This document shows positions 10,086 through 19,538 of a stretch of 64,000 bases of DNA, one piece after another. The stretch's first letter is position 1. Each line of letters starts with the position of its first letter. This DNA comes from an uncultured Alphaproteobacteria bacterium (GTDB taxonomy: Bacteria > Pseudomonadota > Alphaproteobacteria > Rhodobacterales > Rhodobacteraceae). The notes under the pieces were generated by a model. It worked only from the letters and a program-made list of their open reading frames with translations, searched no databases and was not told where the DNA came from. Made by a program: the position numbers and the translations under genes. The DNA is taken from positions 2,127,569 through 2,191,568 of the forward strand of contig OY969797.1 of assembly GCA_963703195.1 (NCBI GenBank), given 5' to 3'.

Positions 10086-11864
10086 CTATTCCCCCAACGC
10101 GATGCCTTCACGGCGCGGATCGGCCCCGCCGCGCAATGTTTTGCCGATGGCGATCAGATGCAGCCCCGAGGTCAGCGCGCGCGTGCCTGTCTCATAGCCC
10201 AATGCGCCCAGCCCCTCCGCCAGCGCCGCCGCCGTGGTTCCCTCCTCCAGATCATAGGTGCCGAAGCGATTGACCGCATGGGGCAGCGCCGCGGCCGCCT
10301 GCGGGTCGAGGCCCCAGTCGATCATCGCGATGAGCGCCTGCGCGGTGTAGCCGATGATGCGGCTCCCGCCAGGAGAACCCGCGACGATCACCGGCGCTCC
10401 ATCCCGCAACACAATCGTCGGCGACATGGAGGAGCGGGGCCGCTTGCCCGGTGCCACGCTGTTGGCCACCGGTACGCCGTCCACATGGCTCTGGAAGGAG
10501 AAATCCGTGAGCTCGTTGTTGAGCAGAAAGCCCCCCACCATCAGGCGGCTGCCAAAGCCGTTCTCGATCGTCGTCGTCATCGAGGCAACATTGCCGAACC
10601 GGTCCACGATCGAAATATGCGAGGTCGAGGGCAACTCGATCGCGCCGCCATCGGCCCAGTCGAGCGCGTGATCGAAAGCGGGCACGCCGGCACTCACCTC
10701 CGGCAAAGCGTCATCGCCCGCCAGCAGGGCACCGCGCTGTGCGAGATAGGCCGGGTCGAGCATGCCCTGCACCGGCACCGGCACGAAATCACTGTCCGCC
10801 ACGTAGCGACCGCGGTCCGCAAAGGCGAGCCGCGCCGCGTCGCCCATCAGGCGACGCACGTCGAGGTCATCGGGCCCGGCGGAGAGGTCATAGCCCTCCA
10901 GCATTCCGAGGATCTGCCCGACCGCGAGCGCACCGGAGGACGGCGGCCCCATGCCGCAGACATCATGCCCCCGGTAGTCGGCACAGACCGCCGCGCGCTC
11001 CTTGACGCTGTAGATCGCCAGGTCCACCTCCGACATGACGCCGGGATTGCCCACTGCGCCCTGCACCGTATCCACGATCCGGGCCGCGAGATCGCCGGTG
11101 TAGAAGGCGTCCACCCCCTGCGCCGCGATCAGCCTCAGCGTCTGCGCATAGGCTTCGTTCACCAGCCTCTCGCCTTCGGCCACGGGCACACCGCCGGGCA
11201 GAAAATAGCTTGCCGTGACGGGCGAGCTTGCCAGCCGCTCCGCATCTTCCGCCACCAGCGCGGCGAGGCGCGGGCTCACCGTGAACCCCTCCTCCGCGAG
11301 CGCTGCCGCAGGCTCCAGCAGTGCGGCCCAATCCTGCGTGCCGAAGCGCGCGTGCACTTCGGCCATCAGCGCGGGCGTGCCCGGCACGCCCACGGAACGC
11401 CCGCCCACGACCGCGTCGAAAAAGCCCAGGGGCGTACCGGTCTCATCCTGAAAGAGCCGCGGCGTCGCCGCGAGCGGTGCCGTCTCGCGACCGTCGAAGG
11501 TGGTCAGCTCCTGCGCCTGCGCGTCATACCAGACGAGAAACGCACCGCCGCCCAGACCGGAACTTTGCGGTTCCACCAGACCCAGCATCGCCTGCACCGC
11601 GACCAGCGCATCCGCCGCCGTGCCGCCCGCGGCCAGCACATCGGCCCCTGCTTGCACCGCATGCGGATTGGCCGCGACGACCATCCATTCCGCCGCTTCC
11701 ACGGGCAGTCCTGCCTCCTTTGCCGCGAAGGCCGCAGCCACGGCAGGCGACAGGTTCTCAAACGCTCCGACCCCCGCAGCCTCGGGCGCCACGGTATCCG
11801 CCGCCTGCTGGGCCTGGACCTGTCCAGCCCCCAGCATCAGTACCGCCATTACCAGTCCGCGCAT
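10086..11864 (-). CDS. ggt: Gamma-glutamyltransferase
   Basis: Signal peptide; EPQSSGLGGG, DGRETAP, STSHISIVD, LNNELTDF, PGKRPRSSM, GADPRREG. Confidence 0.95.
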   Translation of the reverse strand: MRGLVMAVLMLGAGQVQAQQAADTVAPEAAGVGAFENLSPAVAAAFAAKEAGLPVEAAEWMVVAANPHAVQAGADVLAAGGTAADALVAVQAMLGLVEPQSSGLGGGAFLVWYDAQAQELTTFDGRETAPLAATPRLFQDETGTPLGFFDAVVGGRSVGVPGTPALMAEVHARFGTQDWAALLEPAAALAEEGFTVSPRLAALVAEDAERLASSPVTASYFLPGGVPVAEGERLVNEAYAQTLRLIAAQGVDAFYTGDLAARIVDTVQGAVGNPGVMSEVDLAIYSVKERAAVCADYRGHDVCGMGPPSSGALAVGQILGMLEGYDLSAGPDDLDVRRLMGDAARLAFADRGRYVADSDFVPVPVQGMLDPAYLAQRGALLAGDDALPEVSAGVPAFDHALDWADGGAIELPSTSHISIVDRFGNVASMTTTIENGFGSRLMVGGFLLNNELTDFSFQSHVDGVPVANSVAPGKRPRSSMSPTIVLRDGAPVIVAGSPGGSRIIGYTAQALIAMIDWGLDPQAAAALPHAVNRFGTYDLEEGTTAAALAEGLGALGYETGTRALTSGLHLIAIGKTLRGGADPRREGIALGE

Positions 11865-11940
11865 CGCTCTCTCTCCCTTGATTGCTCTTCTTTGCCCTTA
11901 ATCTGCATCCCGGACCCTCGACAGGCACAGGAGGCCGCGT

Positions 11941-12927
11941 CTACAGCATCGACGGCACAACCTGATCCGGCGGACGGTGGCCATCCTGGAACGTCTTGAT
12001 GTTGATGATCACCTTCTCGCCCATCTCGATCCGCCCCTCCAGCGTGGCGGACCCCATATGCGGCAAGAGTACCACGTTATCGAGTGCGCGCAGGCGCGGG
12101 TTGATCTCGGTGCCATGTTCATAGACATCGAGGCCTGCCCCCTTGATCTCGCCCGCGCGCAGCATCCGCGTCAGCGCATTCTCGTCGATCACCTCCCCGC
12201 GCGAGGTGTTGACGATTACCGCATCGGATTTCATCAGTTTGAGCCGCCGCGCATTCAACAGATGGAAGGTTGAGGGGGTATGCGGGCAGTTGACCGAGAT
12301 CACATCCATCCGCGCGACCATCTGGTCGAGGCTCTCCCAATAGGTGGCCTGCAAATCCGCTTCGATCTGGGCGTGCAGGCGGCGGCGGTTGTGATAGTGG
12401 ATCTGCATCCCGAAGGCGATCGCGCGCCGCGCCACCGCCTGACCGATCCGGCCCATGCCGAGGATCCCCAGACGCCGCCCCGAGATGCGCCCGCCCAGAA
12501 GCGCGTTGGGCGCCCAGCCGTCCCAGGCCCCGCGCTGCATCTGCGCCATGCCCTCCGGCATCCGCCGGGTCACCGCCAGCAACAGCGCCATGGTCATGTC
12601 GGCGGTGTCGTCGGTCAAAACGCCCGGCGTATTGGAGACGATCACCCCCTGCTGGCGGGCGGTCGCCACGTCGATATGATCCACGCCCGCACCATAGTTC
12701 GCGATCAGCTTGAGCCGACCACCCGCCTGCGCGATGAGGGCGTTGTCGATCCGGTCGGTGATCGTCGGCACGAGGACGTCGCAGCCCTTGATCGCTTCGG
12801 ACAGCTCCGCGCGGGTCATCGGCGCATCGCTCTCGCGCAGACGCACATCGAAAAGTTCCGCCAGCCGCGTCTCGACGACCTCGGGCAACCGTCGCGTGAC
12901 TACAACACTCAGCCGTTGTTTTGGCAT
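11941..12927 (-). CDS. D-isomer specific 2-hydroxyacid dehydrogenase (glyoxylate reductase-like)
   Basis: NYGAGVDHID, NTPGVLT, GILGMGRIG, VNTSRG, LDVYE, LPHMGSAT; start MPKQRL. Confidence 0.92.
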   Translation of the reverse strand: MPKQRLSVVVTRRLPEVVETRLAELFDVRLRESDAPMTRAELSEAIKGCDVLVPTITDRIDNALIAQAGGRLKLIANYGAGVDHIDVATARQQGVIVSNTPGVLTDDTADMTMALLLAVTRRMPEGMAQMQRGAWDGWAPNALLGGRISGRRLGILGMGRIGQAVARRAIAFGMQIHYHNRRRLHAQIEADLQATYWESLDQMVARMDVISVNCPHTPSTFHLLNARRLKLMKSDAVIVNTSRGEVIDENALTRMLRAGEIKGAGLDVYEHGTEINPRLRALDNVVLLPHMGSATLEGRIEMGEKVIINIKTFQDGHRPPDQVVPSML

Positions 12928-13067
12928 TTGTTCATTCTCCAGTCTTGGCGGGACGCATCGTTTGGATGCATGGTGGCCCAAGCAGCGACGGGGCACAAGA
13001 ACCACGCGCGGCCAGAGCGAGACCAAGACAAATAAACAAAACAAACAGACAGTGCAGGCAGCACAAC

Positions 13068-13601
13068 ATGAAGAGACTGACATTGCGCAGACGGGGCGCA
13101 GCGCTGCTGGTGGCAAGCGCGCTTATCCTGACGACCGGCTTCGCCGCCCCGGTGCTTGCGGCGGAAGACGAGGATGTTGGCAAGATCACGAACCGCCCCA
13201 TCCCGCGTTATGTCTCGATGAAGGCGGCGGAGGGCAACGTGCGGCGCGGCCCCTCGCTCACCCACCGGATCGATTGGGTTTTCAAACGGCGCGACATGCC
13301 GCTGCGCATCACCGCGGAGCATGGCCATTGGCGCCGGGTGGAGGATCGCGACGGTATGGGGGGCTGGGTGCATTATTCGCTCCTTTCCGGCACCCGCACC
13401 GTTCTGGTGGAGAAGGACATGCTTACCCTGCATGCGCGCCCGGATGCGACCGCTCCGGTGATGGCGGCGCTTGAATTTGGCGTGGTCGCGCGGGTGAGCG
13501 CCTGCGAGGGCGAATGGTGCCTGCTGCGCTCCGGCGGTTTCCGGGGCTGGGCGCCCAAGGCGCGGCTTTGGGGCGTACAGCCCGACGAGGTCTTTGACTG
13601 A
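13068..13601 (+). CDS. Exported bacterial SH3-domain protein
   Basis: Signal peptide; PIPRYVS, NVRRGP, WRRVEDRDG..GWVH, WC...GW. Confidence 0.85.
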   Translation: MKRLTLRRRGAALLVASALILTTGFAAPVLAAEDEDVGKITNRPIPRYVSMKAAEGNVRRGPSLTHRIDWVFKRRDMPLRITAEHGHWRRVEDRDGMGGWVHYSLLSGTRTVLVEKDMLTLHARPDATAPVMAALEFGVVARVSACEGEWCLLRSGGFRGWAPKARLWGVQPDEVFD

Positions 13602-13664
13602 TTGCAGCCGCAGCGCTCTTGGATCATGTTGTGACTCTCACGCCTGATCCAGAGGACCACCTCC

Positions 13665-14654
13665 ATGCATGCAATCGTCTATGACCGCTTCGGCCCCGCG
13701 GCTGATGTCCTGTCGCGCGTCACGCTCGACACGCCCGCCCCCGGACCGGGAGAGGTGACAGTGCGGCTGGCATTCTCCGGCGTGAACCCCTCCGACATCA
13801 AGGCGCGCGCGGGCAGCAGGCCCGGCGTGACCAAGCCCGCTTTTGCACAAGTAATCCCCCACAGCGATGGTGCGGGTACCGTCGAGGCGGTGGGCGATGG
13901 CGTGGATCCCGCACGCATCGGCACCCGTGTATGGATCTGGAATGGTCAGTGGCAGCGCGCCTTTGGAACGGCGTCGAGCCATATCACCCTGCCGCAGGCG
14001 CAGGCCGTCCCCCTGCCGGACGGCGTTTCCCTGGAGACGGGTGCCGTGCTGGGCATTCCCGGCCTGACCGCCGCCGAGGCTGTCTTTGGTGCAGGCGATG
14101 TGGCGGGGCAGACCCTGCTGGTGAGCGGCGGCGGCGGCACGGTCGGCTACCTCGCGGTACAGCTTGCGGTCTGGGGCGGCGCCCGGGTGATTGCCACCTG
14201 TAGCGCGCGCGACCGGGCGCGGGTTGCCGCCGCAGGCGCGCACAGCGTGCTCGACTACCGCTCAGAGACACTCCCGGCGGAGATCCTCGCTGCCAATGGT
14301 GACGCGCCGGTGGACCGGGTCATCGAGGTCGAGTTCGGTGTCAATGCGGCGATGAATGCGGAAGTGGTCAAACCCAACGGCGTGATCGCCGCCTACGGCT
14401 CGCAGCGCGAGATGGCGCCGGTGCTGCCCTTCGGGCCACTGCTGTTCAAGGCGGCCACGATCGACATCATCCTCATCTACCTTCTACCCGAGGCCCCGCG
14501 CGGCGAACGGATCGCGCGTCTGCATGCCGCGCTGGAGGCGGGCGCACTGCACTGTCCCGTGGCGCAGGTCTATGCACTTGATGACTGCGCGGCGGCGCAT
14601 GAGGCGGTGCTGGATGGCGGGCGCGCGGGCGCGGTTCTGGTTTCCTGCGCCTGA
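13665..14654 (+). CDS. NADPH:quinone reductase (MDR family)
   Basis: SGVNPSDIK, PHSDGAG, GGGGTVG. Confidence 0.9.
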   Translation: MHAIVYDRFGPAADVLSRVTLDTPAPGPGEVTVRLAFSGVNPSDIKARAGSRPGVTKPAFAQVIPHSDGAGTVEAVGDGVDPARIGTRVWIWNGQWQRAFGTASSHITLPQAQAVPLPDGVSLETGAVLGIPGLTAAEAVFGAGDVAGQTLLVSGGGGTVGYLAVQLAVWGGARVIATCSARDRARVAAAGAHSVLDYRSETLPAEILAANGDAPVDRVIEVEFGVNAAMNAEVVKPNGVIAAYGSQREMAPVLPFGPLLFKAATIDIILIYLLPEAPRGERIARLHAALEAGALHCPVAQVYALDDCAAAHEAVLDGGRAGAVLVSCA

Positions 14655-14731
14655 GCTTGGGCGGGATTGCCAGTGCCTGCCAGCAGACCTAAGCTCTTCG
14701 TTTTCTCATGGCTGATGTAGCGAGATTTGAA

Positions 14732-16042
14732 ATGCGCCTGATTGCCCTCCTCTTGTGCCTGATGCTGCCGCTCTCACTGGCTGCGCAGACAACCGATCAG
14801 CCCTCCGGCACCATCACCGTCACCGAAAGCGGGGAGCAGGATGCAGCTATCGCCCTGCGCATCCGCAACATCCTGGGCGAGCTCGACGGCTTCGAGGATG
14901 TGACTGTTTCTGTGAATTCCGGCATCGTGACCCTGCGCGGCAACACGCTGGACCTGCCATCCGCACAGCGCCTCAACGAACTGGTGGGACGGATCGAAGG
15001 CGTGGTGGCGATCGAGAACGAGGTGACCGAGACCACGGATGTCGTGCAGCGGCTCAACCCTGCGGTGGAACGCTTCATTACACGGGGCGAACAGCTCATT
15101 GCGTTTCTTCCGTTGGCGCTAATCGCGCTGACGCTCTTTGCGCTGATCGTGGCGCTCGGCTTTGCCATCGCGCGGCGCCGCGAGCCCTGGGAGCGGCTGG
15201 CACCCAACGCCTTTATCGCTGACATCTACCGCCAAATCCTGCGGCTGCTGTTCGTGGTCGGCGGGCTGGTCGTCGCACTCGACATCGTGAACGCCACGGG
15301 CCTCTTGTCGGGGATCCTGGGCGCCGCGGGCATCGTCGGCCTCGCCATCGGTTTTGCCGTGCGCGACACGGTTGAGAATTTCATCGCCTCCATCATGCTC
15401 TCGATCCGCCAGCCTTTCCGCCCCAACGATACCGTTGAGATCGAGGGCGACACCGGCAAGGTGATACGCCTGACCTCCCGCGCGACGATCCTGCTGAGCT
15501 TTGATGGCAACCACATCCGCATCCCGAACTCGACTGTATTCAAGAGCCGCATCGTCAACTTCACCCGCAACGCCGAGCGGCGCTTCACCTTCGAACTGGG
15601 CGTGCGTCCGGATGCAGATCTGGCCCGCGCGCAGGAGATCGCACTCTCCACGCTGGAGGGCCTGCCCTTCGTACTGGGAATGCCGCAGGCATCGGTCTGG
15701 ATCGAGACCATCGGCGACAGCTCCGTGGTGATGGGGCTTGCCGCCTGGATCAACCAGAACGACACCAGCATCGTGCTCGCCCGGTCCGAGGCGATCCGGC
15801 TGGTGCAGGCGGCCTATGATGGGGCAGGGGTCGGCGCGGACCTGCCCGGCTACCGCGTGATCCACTCAGGCTCCATTCCGACCGAGGAGGCGCACGCCCA
15901 GCCGCAACAGGGCCCGCAAGCCCCGCCCGTGGGCGCAAAAGACGTCAAGGCGACCGAGGAGCAGCAATTGGCAGAGATCATCGAGCTCGAACGCGCCGAG
16001 GAGCCCAGCGATTTGCTCCGCAAGAATGGCGATCAGGAATAA
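14732..16042 (+). CDS. MscS mechanosensitive channel with N-terminal BON domain
   Basis: Signal peptide; VSVNSGIVTLRG (BON); GLAIGFAVRDTVENF, PFRPND, IPNS. Confidence 0.88.
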   Translation: MRLIALLLCLMLPLSLAAQTTDQPSGTITVTESGEQDAAIALRIRNILGELDGFEDVTVSVNSGIVTLRGNTLDLPSAQRLNELVGRIEGVVAIENEVTETTDVVQRLNPAVERFITRGEQLIAFLPLALIALTLFALIVALGFAIARRREPWERLAPNAFIADIYRQILRLLFVVGGLVVALDIVNATGLLSGILGAAGIVGLAIGFAVRDTVENFIASIMLSIRQPFRPNDTVEIEGDTGKVIRLTSRATILLSFDGNHIRIPNSTVFKSRIVNFTRNAERRFTFELGVRPDADLARAQEIALSTLEGLPFVLGMPQASVWIETIGDSSVVMGLAAWINQNDTSIVLARSEAIRLVQAAYDGAGVGADLPGYRVIHSGSIPTEEAHAQPQQGPQAPPVGAKDVKATEEQQLAEIIELERAEEPSDLLRKNGDQE

Positions 16043-16076
16043 CTGTTCGAATGACCCGATTTCCACCGATAAAGGC

Positions 16077-16105
16077 TTGCGCCCCGCGCCAAGCCGCCCT
16101 ATTTA
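16077..16105 (+). promoter_or_regulatory. Sigma70-type promoter of tRNA-Gln
   Basis: TTGCGC-17 bp-TATTTA just upstream of the tRNA. Confidence 0.5.
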
Positions 16106-16116
16106 ACGGCCCACGT

Positions 16117-16191
16117 TGGGATGTAGCCAAGTGGTAAGGCAACTGTTTTTGGTACAGTGTACCGTAGGTTCGAATCCTACCATCCCAGCCA
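16117..16191 (+). tRNA. tRNA-Gln (anticodon TTG)
   Basis: TGGGATG/CATCCCA acceptor stem, D-loop GTGGTAA, anticodon arm ACTGT-TTTTGGT-ACAGT, GGTTCGAATCC, encoded CCA. Confidence 0.97.
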
Positions 16192-16399
16192 ACTTTTCCC
16201 TATTAGAAGACTATGCGACTGCCGACCCTGATGGTCGCCTGATTTCCGTTTGACATCGGATCGCGCGCCGAATGCAAAACGCCCGCACCCCACAGAAAAG
16301 CCGCAATGTGCCCTAGGATCCGCGGTCGGGCCTTTTACGATGCGAGTATCCGGTGAATTGAGGTCGAGGAGTCGCGATCAGAGCTTGCTCGTCCTGTTC

Positions 16400-16760
16400 C
16401 CTTGGTCAACCTCTCGTCGGCGTCAGCCATGATTTTCGCTACATACCGAATGCAAACCGTCGCTATCGTCAATGTACCGGGGCGCAGATCAAATACGTCG
16501 GCGATTTCTTGATGGGCGCCCACCTCTTAAAGGGTTCTTTGAAAGGTCCTTATCTCCTCTGCGCAGCGCTCCGGGACAAGCCCGCCAGTAGAGGTCATGT
16601 CGTTAGATCACTGCAATTCAGAATTGCAGCCTTGCTCAAGGTTCATACCCGCTGCTGCGTTGAACGGTTGCGTGACCGAAAAAGCGAGGCTCTTGCAGCA
16701 ATGTCTCAAGAGCGTGCCGATCCACTCATCCGCCCGACGGGCCGTCATCATAATGTTCCG
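16400..16760 (-). pseudogene. Degraded LysR-family regulator remnant
   Basis: Minus-strand fragments IAARA, VTQP...NLEQG and QEIADVFDLRPGTLTIATV resemble the LysR HTH and linker, broken by stops and shifts. Confidence 0.35.
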
Positions 16761-16914
16761 GCAGCACTACCCGGCTCTCATGCAGCCGGCTGGCGATGGA
16801 GGCGCCGTTGCGAACAGGTGCTTGCTCATCCGGCAAATGTGCTTTCCAATAATTCGCAGTGCTGCAACTCAAAAGCAGCTGATTTGAATGGATATTGCGA
16901 GAGGACGTCAATGC

Positions 16915-17574
16915 ATGGATATCCCGTTCCTATTTGAAGACAAGAGTATCACCCTGGCGATCAACTCGGTTGTCGTGGCGGGGTGGACGGGGCGGGACCT
17001 GGCGGCGGTGCAGCATCACATCGAAGAGCTGGCCGAGCTGGGCATCGCCCCGCCCAGTCAGGTGCCGCTCTACTACCGCGTCTCGCGGGCTCTCTTGACG
17101 CAAGACGGTGAGATTCAGGTCTTGGGAGCGGGATCTTCGGGGGAAATCGAGCCGCTTCTGGTCCGCTCCGGTGGCGTGACCTACTTCGGGCTGGCTTCCG
17201 ACCATACTGACCGGCATCTCGAGGCGCATTCGGTCGCTGCCTCGAAACAGTCCTGCGCCAAGCCCGTTGCATCCGAACTCTGGCGCCTTGACGACATCGC
17301 GGATCACCTCGACGACATTGAATTGAAATGCTGGATCACGGAAAACGGGCAAGAGGTCCTCTATCAGGACGGCACCCTGGCCAAGATCCGACCCCTCGCC
17401 GAGCTTTGCGACGGCGCAGGGTTCACGGACGGCACGGCAATGCTCTGCGGGACACTTGGCGCAATCGGCGGCGTGCGCGCCGCGTCACACTACAAGATGG
17501 TGGTGTCGGACCCTCATACTGATAAGTCCATCTCACTGTCCTACAGCGTCTCGACACTGCCGGTTGTGTCGTGA
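16915..17574 (+). CDS. DUF2848 family protein
   Basis: VAGWTGRD..AVQHHIEEL, SSGEIEP, SDHTDR.LE..SV..SKQ.C.KP, YQDG. Confidence 0.85.
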   Translation: MDIPFLFEDKSITLAINSVVVAGWTGRDLAAVQHHIEELAELGIAPPSQVPLYYRVSRALLTQDGEIQVLGAGSSGEIEPLLVRSGGVTYFGLASDHTDRHLEAHSVAASKQSCAKPVASELWRLDDIADHLDDIELKCWITENGQEVLYQDGTLAKIRPLAELCDGAGFTDGTAMLCGTLGAIGGVRAASHYKMVVSDPHTDKSISLSYSVSTLPVVS

Positions 17575-17583
17575 CGTTTCGCA

Positions 17584-18591
17584 TCAGGGCTGGTCGAACA
17601 CGCAGCCGTGGATCAGGTTTTCCCGCATCAGACGCTGCGCGAGGGACCCGCGGGCGACAGAAATCTGCCCGAGGTACTCTGCCTTCAGCGCTGCGTACCT
17701 GCGGACATCCTTGATGGCCCTCTGGCTTGATATCGCCATGAACCGCACCGGTTGCCCCGCGCGGTATTGCGCCAACCTGTCCGTCTCCAGTGAAATGACG
17801 GTCGCAATCTTGGGGTAGCCGCCCGTCGTCTGGTGGTCGGCCAACAGAACCGTCGGCACACCGTCGCCCGACACCTGCACGGATCCGCGCACGATCGGCT
17901 CTGACGGGATTGACAGGGCGTCGGCGAGATCGAGTGCAGGCCCCTTCAGCCGCATACCCATGCGGTCATAGGCGTCCGAAACATGGAACGTCGCGGAGGT
18001 GAATGTATCCGACGCCGTCTTGAGAAAATGCCGATCCTGCGGTCCGGTGACCACGCTAAGGGGCCCGTTGGCACCGAAGTCTGGTCGCGCGATCTCGCCC
18101 AAACGGTCCTCACGGATCGACGTCTCAGACACCTTGAGCGTCTGGCCGGTCCGAACTGCCCCCCCGCCAAATCCCGATGTCGAATGCGTCGCCTGACTGC
18201 CAAGCCAGTCGGGCGCATCCACCGTGCCCGCAAAGGCAAGATAGGCCCAGCTTCCGGCCTTGCCCGCGGTGATCGAAAGCCGCTCGCCTTTCCGGATCGT
18301 CAGGATCGTCCAGGACAGGGTCTTGCGGGTGTCGTGCTGCACGACAAAGTCGCCGCCCGTAACGGCAAGCGTCACAGACCCTTGGGTGCAGGCGAGCGTC
18401 AGTCCGCCCAGCGAGATCTCGATGGCGGTTTGCCCGGGTTGATTGCCCAGCGCCGCATGGGCCGCATCGAAGGCGAGCCGGTCCATTGGACCGGAGGCGG
18501 GGACGCCAAACCGCATGTTTCCCGGACGCCCCGCATCTTGCAATGTGACCAATGGCCCGGCGTGGACGATGGTAAATGCCGCATCAGCCAT
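17584..18591 (-). CDS. pxpC: 5-oxoprolinase subunit C / allophanate hydrolase subunit 2
   Basis: LQDAGRPG, GPMD, DRMGMRL, GSVQV, DHQTTGGYPKI. Confidence 0.88.
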   Translation of the reverse strand: MADAAFTIVHAGPLVTLQDAGRPGNMRFGVPASGPMDRLAFDAAHAALGNQPGQTAIEISLGGLTLACTQGSVTLAVTGGDFVVQHDTRKTLSWTILTIRKGERLSITAGKAGSWAYLAFAGTVDAPDWLGSQATHSTSGFGGGAVRTGQTLKVSETSIREDRLGEIARPDFGANGPLSVVTGPQDRHFLKTASDTFTSATFHVSDAYDRMGMRLKGPALDLADALSIPSEPIVRGSVQVSGDGVPTVLLADHQTTGGYPKIATVISLETDRLAQYRAGQPVRFMAISSQRAIKDVRRYAALKAEYLGQISVARGSLAQRLMRENLIHGCVFDQP

Positions 18592-19273
18592 CGGCGCGCC
18601 CCTTGTCCAGCCGGTCGAAGGTGGCCGCATCGATCCTCTCAAAGGTCACGGGATCACCCACATCGAACAGAAACGCCCGGTGCGTATCACCGGTCAGGAT
18701 CGCCGTCGGTGATCGCCCGATGATCGACCATCCCGTGGGCATGGTCAGGGTGGTCACGAGGCACTGCGGCCCCGCAATGATCACGCTGCCCGCGGGCACA
18801 TCGCGTACAGGCGCGGGTTTGCGTGGCACGCGTATCTGGTCCGGGACACCGGACAGATAAGCATAGCCTGGCGCAAATCCGTACATCAGCACGCGGAAAT
18901 CCCCCGCGAGGTGGGCATTGATGACGGCGTCGCGCGCGAGGCCCGTGGCCGCGGCGACGGCATCCAGATCCGGCGAAAACACCCCGTCATAGCAGACCTG
19001 AACGATCCGGGGGGTTGCCGTAGCCCGGCTGGCCGATTTGGCCTTCAGGCATTCGCGCAGATGGGCTTCCACGGCTGCATGATCCGTCGCCACGGGATCG
19101 AACGCCACCAACAGGTTGACCATGGCTGGCACCGTCTCAATCATCCCCCGGGCGGGGTTCGCGGCGATCGCGGCATCGAGAGCCAGCACCGATGCGTGCG
19201 CCTCGTCCGAAATCTCATCGGCAAAGCTCACCAGCACTGCGTGATCGGCGATTGCATTGAAGTGGGGGTACAT
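18584..19273 (-). CDS. pxpB: 5-oxoprolinase subunit B / allophanate hydrolase subunit 1
   Basis: GFAPGYAYL, VPAGSVIIAG, PTGWSIIGR, GD.VTF. Confidence 0.9.
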   Translation of the reverse strand: MYPHFNAIADHAVLVSFADEISDEAHASVLALDAAIAANPARGMIETVPAMVNLLVAFDPVATDHAAVEAHLRECLKAKSASRATATPRIVQVCYDGVFSPDLDAVAAATGLARDAVINAHLAGDFRVLMYGFAPGYAYLSGVPDQIRVPRKPAPVRDVPAGSVIIAGPQCLVTTLTMPTGWSIIGRSPTAILTGDTHRAFLFDVGDPVTFERIDAATFDRLDKGRADG

Positions 19274-19281
19274 GACGGTCT

Positions 19282-19530
19282 TCAGCTGTCCGTGAAGCTG
19301 GCGGACTGCAGGCCCCCGGCTCTCAGCCGCGCACGGGTCTCGCGCGCCACCTCGTTGGCACCGGCGTTGTCGCGGGCCAGTGGCGGCGTTCGGACCATCG
19401 CCTCAGAATCGCCCGCATGCCCGCCGCAGTCGATATTGGCGGGGGCCTCACTGGACAACATCTGCGCGTCACCGCCCACGGTCCAGGGGCCAAACCTTTC
19501 GCCGAGATCAGAGTTGAAGTCGATCCGCAT
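19282..19530 (-). pseudogene. pxpA: 5-oxoprolinase subunit A (LamB/YcsF), internally deleted remnant
   Basis: 82 aa: degenerate N-terminus (MRIDFNSDLGERFG...ANIDCGGHAGD) joined in frame to the C-terminal helix (DNAGANEVARETRARL). Confidence 0.85.
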
Positions 19531-19538
19531 GATCCGCC

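Noticed and set aside
6151-11999. Long antisense ORFs (6151-8541 and 9690-11999; likewise 32937-35291, 38328-40226, 53194-55170)
   Set aside because: They mirror well-supported genes on the opposite strand and have no motifs; typical high-GC shadow ORFs
13021-13052. A/C-rich run AAATAAACAAAACAAACAGAC
   Set aside because: Short low-complexity leader sequence; no supportable function
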